NCBI GenBank assembly: GCA_043820105.1
Contig: JBDREC010000104.1
Location: 1 to 51,059 of the forward strand
Direction: 5' to 3'
DNA length: 51,059 nucleotides
Origin: Pseudomonadota bacterium
Lineage (GTDB): Bacteria; Bdellovibrionota_F; JAHFAK01; JBDREC01
This document shows, piece by piece, positions 46,682-51,059 of this stretch. The position numbers and the translations under genes were made by a program. Below the pieces are notes generated by a model, which had not been told where the DNA came from, did no database searches, and saw only the letters and a list, made by a program, of their open reading frames with translations. The first letter of the stretch is position 1. Every line of letters starts with the position of its first letter.

Positions 46682-48757
46682 TCAAGCTACTTGCTTTTTT
46701 TTTTCATCGAGCTCTTTTAATACTTTTTCAGTTATATCATTTGATAAAACTTCGTATCTGTAAAATTCCATTGAATAGTTGGCTCTTCCACTTGAAATGG
46801 ATCTTAGGTTGTTTGCATAGCCGAACATATCAAGCAGTGGTGCAAAGCCATTGAGTTTTTGAGAACCTTTTCTGAATCTTCTCATTGAATGGATTTTGCC
46901 TCGTCTTTTTGAAAGATCTTTAACTATTTCTCCTATATAATCATCAGGTGTATTTATTTCAACCTTCATTAAGGGTTCTAATAATACTGGACAAGCTTTT
47001 CTAAAAGCGTCTTTAAAGCATAAGGAACCAGCTGTCCTAAAAGCCATGTCTGATGAATCAACAGCGTGAAAAGAACCATCAATTAAAACCACCTTAACAT
47101 CAACAATTGGAAAACCTGCGAAAATGCCCTCTTCCATTGCAGCTACAACTCCTTTTTTAATAGAAGGAATATATTCTTGTGGAATTGCCCCACCCTTAAT
47201 TTTATCTACAAATTCAAAACCGTTCCCATGGTTTGCTTCAATTCTCATTACACAATGCGCATATTGACCTTTACCACCTGATTGTTTTGAAAATTTTGTA
47301 TCAGAGGTTGCTTCTTTGGAAATTGTTTCTTTAAAGGCAACTGAAGGTTTAGAAACATTTGCTAACACACCAAATTCTTGTTTTAATCTATCAGCGATAA
47401 CTTCAAGATGAAGTTCTCCCATTCCACTTAAAATAGTTTCTTTTGTTTCATCATCATATTTAACATTAAAAGAAGGATCTTCTAAAGAAAGCTTTCTCAA
47501 AGAAATTCCAAGCTTTTCTTCTTCTTTCTTAGTTACTGGGGATATTTTTAATTGAACAACTGAAGCAGGAATATGAATAGATTCTAACAATAGCCTTGCC
47601 TCCATATCACACAAAGTATCTCCTGTTACTGTATTTTGCATGCCTATTAAAGCAACAATATCTCCAGGACCTGCACTTGTAACTTCTACCCTATCTTTTG
47701 CATGAATTTTTAAAATTCTACCAATGCGTTCTTTTTTATTTTTCTTAGCGTTGTAAATCGTCATTCCAGATTGTAAAAGCCCAGAATAAACACGAATAAA
47801 AGTTTGCTGGCCAACATATGGATCGTAAATAATCTTAAAAGCTAAAGCTGAAAAAGGATCCTTAATGCAAGGGTGTCTTGTTTCAACCTTATCATTATCT
47901 TTTAAATTAATTCCTGTAACAACGCCAGCATCAAGAGGGGATGGAAGAAAATCAGAAACAGCATTAAGCAAGGCCTGTATGCCTTTATTTTTATATGCAG
48001 AGCCACAGAAAACAGGTGTAATCAATAAATTAATTGTAGCTTTTCTAGCTGCTGCAGTTAAAACACTGGCTTCAACATCTTCATCATTTAGGTACTTTTC
48101 CAATATTTCATCATCAAAGTCAGCCAGTTTTTCTATTAATTTTTTTCTATGAACTTTATATATTTCATTATATTCAGATGGTATTTGGCATTCAATTCTT
48201 TCAAATTCATTAAATAAAATATAGTTTTCATTTATTAAATCGATGCTACCTTGAAATTCATCTTCAGAGCCAATTGGAATATGAAAAGGCACAGGATTAG
48301 CTGCTAAATATTCATCCATTTGATTTATACAATCAAAAAAATCTGCTCCAACGCGATCCATTTTATTTATAAAGGCGATTCTTGGAACCTTGTATCGATC
48401 AGATTGATTCCACACTGCTTCACTTTGAGGCTCAACCCCTCCTACAGCACAAAATACAGCAACCATTCCATCAATAACTCGCAAGGATCTTTCAACTTCT
48501 ACAGAAAAATCAACATGTCCGGGAGTATCTATGATGTTTATCTTTTTATCTTTCCAGTCACAAGAAATTGCAGCTGAGGCAATAGTAATGCCCCTTTCCT
48601 GTTCTTGTTTCATAAAGTCCATAGTAGCTTGACCATCATGAACTTCACCTAACTTTCTTGTGGTTCCAGTGAAATAAAGAATTCTTTCAGTGACTGTGGT
48701 TTTACCAGCATCAATGTGGGCTGCTATACCTATATTTCGAATTTTACTTAGAGACAT
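46682..48757 (-). CDS. fusA: Elongation factor G (copy outside the str operon)
   Basis: AHIDAGKTT, ERGITI, DTPGH, NKMD, GMGELHLE, KQSGGKGQY, LLEP; ATG 48757 after GGGAG. Confidence 0.96.
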   Translation of the reverse strand: MSLSKIRNIGIAAHIDAGKTTVTERILYFTGTTRKLGEVHDGQATMDFMKQEQERGITIASAAISCDWKDKKINIIDTPGHVDFSVEVERSLRVIDGMVAVFCAVGGVEPQSEAVWNQSDRYKVPRIAFINKMDRVGADFFDCINQMDEYLAANPVPFHIPIGSEDEFQGSIDLINENYILFNEFERIECQIPSEYNEIYKVHRKKLIEKLADFDDEILEKYLNDEDVEASVLTAAARKATINLLITPVFCGSAYKNKGIQALLNAVSDFLPSPLDAGVVTGINLKDNDKVETRHPCIKDPFSALAFKIIYDPYVGQQTFIRVYSGLLQSGMTIYNAKKNKKERIGRILKIHAKDRVEVTSAGPGDIVALIGMQNTVTGDTLCDMEARLLLESIHIPASVVQLKISPVTKKEEEKLGISLRKLSLEDPSFNVKYDDETKETILSGMGELHLEVIADRLKQEFGVLANVSKPSVAFKETISKEATSDTKFSKQSGGKGQYAHCVMRIEANHGNGFEFVDKIKGGAIPQEYIPSIKKGVVAAMEEGIFAGFPIVDVKVVLIDGSFHAVDSSDMAFRTAGSLCFKDAFRKACPVLLEPLMKVEINTPDDYIGEIVKDLSKRRGKIHSMRRFRKGSQKLNGFAPLLDMFGYANNLRSISSGRANYSMEFYRYEVLSNDITEKVLKELDEKKKQVA

Positions 48758-48910
48758 TTTTTCTCCCAAAAAATTTTTTCTTAAATTGCTAAAAACCTTT
48801 ATTTAAAAGGACCTGGCTGTATACATAAACTTATTACGCAATGCAAGATAAAAATACTTTATTATAAAATTAACTTTTGAATTAGAATCAAGCTTAAAAG
48901 TTTTTAGGTT

Positions 48911-50062
48911 TTAAATACCATCAACTTGATCAGAAATATCTCTGGATATGCACACTATTCCACTTGCTAGACCTTCTTTATCTCGAATAATATCAATTTT
49001 AGTATCAGTCCAAATGGTAGCTCCATCTTTACATTTCATTTCCAAAACAATTGAAAGTGATTCAATTTCTTTTGCTTTGGTTTTTTTATAGTCATTTAGC
49101 TGATCAAAAACTGTGCTTTTTGCGAGATCTAAAGAATCTTGACAAAGTATTTCTTCTATATTTTGCCTAATAGCTTCTTTTACAGTAAAGCCTCTGAGCT
49201 TGAGCACTGATTCACTGACAAATTTTGTTTTAAAATCAAGGTCAGTAATCCAAACCAAATCAGAAACATGACGCGTAATAATTTTTCTAAATTCCTTAGC
49301 TTCTTGAGATTCAAGACTTAATCTTTTTTTATTAGTTGTATCTTGTATGATTACTAAAGCCACCTCGTTGCTTGCTCTCACTATCCTTGCTTCAAAATAT
49401 CTTGTTTCATTATTTATAGGAAGATTGTATTCAAACCAATCATATTTGCCTGTTTCAAACACTTGTTCAAGTCTTACCATTGTCTCTGCTGCGATTTCCT
49501 TTGGTAAAGTCTCTGTAATTTTTTTGCCTATAAATTCATCAGGAGCCAAAAACAAGTTTATCTCTTTTGAAGGCTTAAAGCTTAAAAACCTGCCTTCTTT
49601 ATCCATTTCAAAAATGAGTTCTGGAATGGCTTCTAAATACAGCTTATAAGTTTCTTCTTTTTTCTTTAAGTGTTCTTCTGCCCTTTTTCTAGTGCTAATA
49701 TCCCTAATTGTCGCCAAAGAATTCCATTTACCATGAACCTTCATAGCAGAAACAGAAAGCTCAACTTGAATTTCTTCGCCATCTTTTCTGATTGCTTCCA
49801 TTTCCATAGTTTTACCAACAGCTAAACCTTCACCTGTATCTCTAAATTTAGCAAATCCCTTTTTATAATCATTGTGGTATTTTTCCGGAGCCAAAAGCAT
49901 GTGAACATCCTTTCCTTCTACTTCTTCTTTGGAATAGCCAAACATAAGTTCAGCTGATTTATTCCACAAAGTGATTAAGCCATCATTATCAATCATAATA
50001 ACAGCATCTTTTATTTGATGATGAAGCAAGAAAGATGCTTCCTGAGTTGTCATTTTGTACAC
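48911..50062 (-). CDS. Protein made of three PAS/PAC domains with no output domain
   Basis: WNKSAELMFGYS..RKDG..RDIS; EAIPELIFEMD..QDTT; VSESVLKLRGFT..CKDG..RDIS, then stop. Confidence 0.88.
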   Translation of the reverse strand: MYKMTTQEASFLLHHQIKDAVIMIDNDGLITLWNKSAELMFGYSKEEVEGKDVHMLLAPEKYHNDYKKGFAKFRDTGEGLAVGKTMEMEAIRKDGEEIQVELSVSAMKVHGKWNSLATIRDISTRKRAEEHLKKKEETYKLYLEAIPELIFEMDKEGRFLSFKPSKEINLFLAPDEFIGKKITETLPKEIAAETMVRLEQVFETGKYDWFEYNLPINNETRYFEARIVRASNEVALVIIQDTTNKKRLSLESQEAKEFRKIITRHVSDLVWITDLDFKTKFVSESVLKLRGFTVKEAIRQNIEEILCQDSLDLAKSTVFDQLNDYKKTKAKEIESLSIVLEMKCKDGATIWTDTKIDIIRDKEGLASGIVCISRDISDQVDGI

Positions 50063-50243
50063 CTAATAAATTTTGATTAATGAAAATATAATTATTTAAT
50101 ATGGAAATGTCTAGATTTAAGATTGAGATTAGGAATAAAGATTAAGAAGTAATGTTATTGTTGAATATTTGAAATAATTATATTGATAAATTAGTTTTAA
50201 TTGTCTATAATTAATATATTGCGTCATAAAAAAGGCTAAAACA

Positions 50244-50666
50244 ATGAAAAACTTAATAATTCTATGTATTACAATGATTTTTGCTTTATCACTGTCTTTA
50301 TCCTGTTCTTCTAAAAGATCAGCATCTAAAGCCATACAAAACCCCAAAGCATCAACAAAGCCCAAAGATACTCAAGATGAAACACCAGCACCAAGTGGGG
50401 CAAGTGCTCAAGAATCTGATCAAGTAACTCAAGCAAAAGCAGAGCTTGATAATGCTGAAAATAAAAAGGATACAGACAAAGATTGTATTTCTGACTACTG
50501 GGAGGACAAACTTAGGCAAAGTAATATTGATGCAGATAAAAACAATCCACAAAAACCACAAACAAGAACAAATATTACTGAAGCGATCTGCAAAAACCCA
50601 AACCTAAGTGATGAATTAAGAGAAATAATTATTCAAGACATTTTTAAAAATTGTCCTGCAAAATGA
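50244..50666 (+). CDS. Lipoprotein with a DxDxD Ca-binding-like motif
   Basis: Lipobox SLSC, P/S/Q linker, DTDKDCISDYWE. Confidence 0.7.
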   Translation: MKNLIILCITMIFALSLSLSCSSKRSASKAIQNPKASTKPKDTQDETPAPSGASAQESDQVTQAKAELDNAENKKDTDKDCISDYWEDKLRQSNIDADKNNPQKPQTRTNITEAICKNPNLSDELREIIIQDIFKNCPAK

Positions 50667-50680
50667 AATAAATAATAAAC

Positions 50681-50894
50681 AGATCTCCTCTCTAATTTTC
50701 AGCATTTACCCTTCCCGTAAACGTTACCGTTACCGTGAGCGTTACCGATTTAACTTTATAAAATTTCAAGCACAATTAAATACAAATCTAAAAGAATTAT
50801 TAATAGAAATTGTATATAAGCTGAGTAAGTGGTTTATGAAGTATTAATAAATCGGTAACGGTAACGTTTACGGGTACGGCAAGAAAGGAGATCT
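50681..50894. repeat. Nested inverted-repeat element built from CGTTAC hexamers
   Basis: Outer AGATCTCCT/AGGAGATCT (50681-50689 / 50886-50894); inner arms 50714-50752 and 50848-50874 are perfect complements apart from a 12-bp insert in the left arm. Confidence 0.8.
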
Positions 50895-51024
50895 AGGTGT
50901 ATATTTATGGCTCATCTTCATTTTGAGTACCCACCAAGAATAATTATTCTGAAAATATAAAACACTGTTCTATCTATTCCATGATATTAAAATTGAAATA
51001 AATATTTCTATACATGAAACCATT

Positions 51025-51059
51025 GGATTAATCTTAGGATTATGATTATGATTAGGATT
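51025..51059. repeat. Hexamer tract (KGATTA-like), cut by the window end
   Basis: GGATTA ATCTTA GGATTA TGATTA TGATTA GGATT. Confidence 0.7.

Overview
AT-rich bacterial chromosomal window (about 30% GC by eye, not computed). Gene content points to a deltaproteobacterium-like organism in the Myxococcota/Bdellovibrionota/Desulfobacterota neighbourhood: Myxococcus/Geobacter-style type IV pilins, a DivIVA protein, a VegA-like zinc/histone-like protein, a PP2C phosphatase, a class I LysRS and many sigma54 promoters. The right half (32.5-48.8 kb) is mostly housekeeping (rpoZ, PPIase, ribF, WcaJ-like transferase, GT9, tsaC-like, prmA, smpB, DUF502, lysS, glpD, divIVA, fusA). The left half is accessory and rich in secreted or lipoprotein ORFans, with glnA, menA, ispB and queE interspersed. 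Main signals: (1) a sigma54 promoter followed by a ~200-nt three-hairpin non-coding RNA ending in an intrinsic terminator (43193-43393); (2) an 8-kb sigma54-driven operon of four signal-peptide ORFans, two of them ~1000 aa with Gly/Ala-rich hydrophobic segments, a candidate secreted membrane-attacking complex; (3) eight sigma54 -24/-12 boxes, seven in front of exported proteins, three with a shared candidate enhancer motif; (4) 6-7-nt tandem repeat tracts placed at gene boundaries, including an inverted pair bracketing rpoZ; (5) two ~210-bp palindromic MITE/REP-like elements. No rRNA, tRNA, CRISPR array, transposase or integrase was recognised. All family assignments come from motif recognition by eye; no searches were run.
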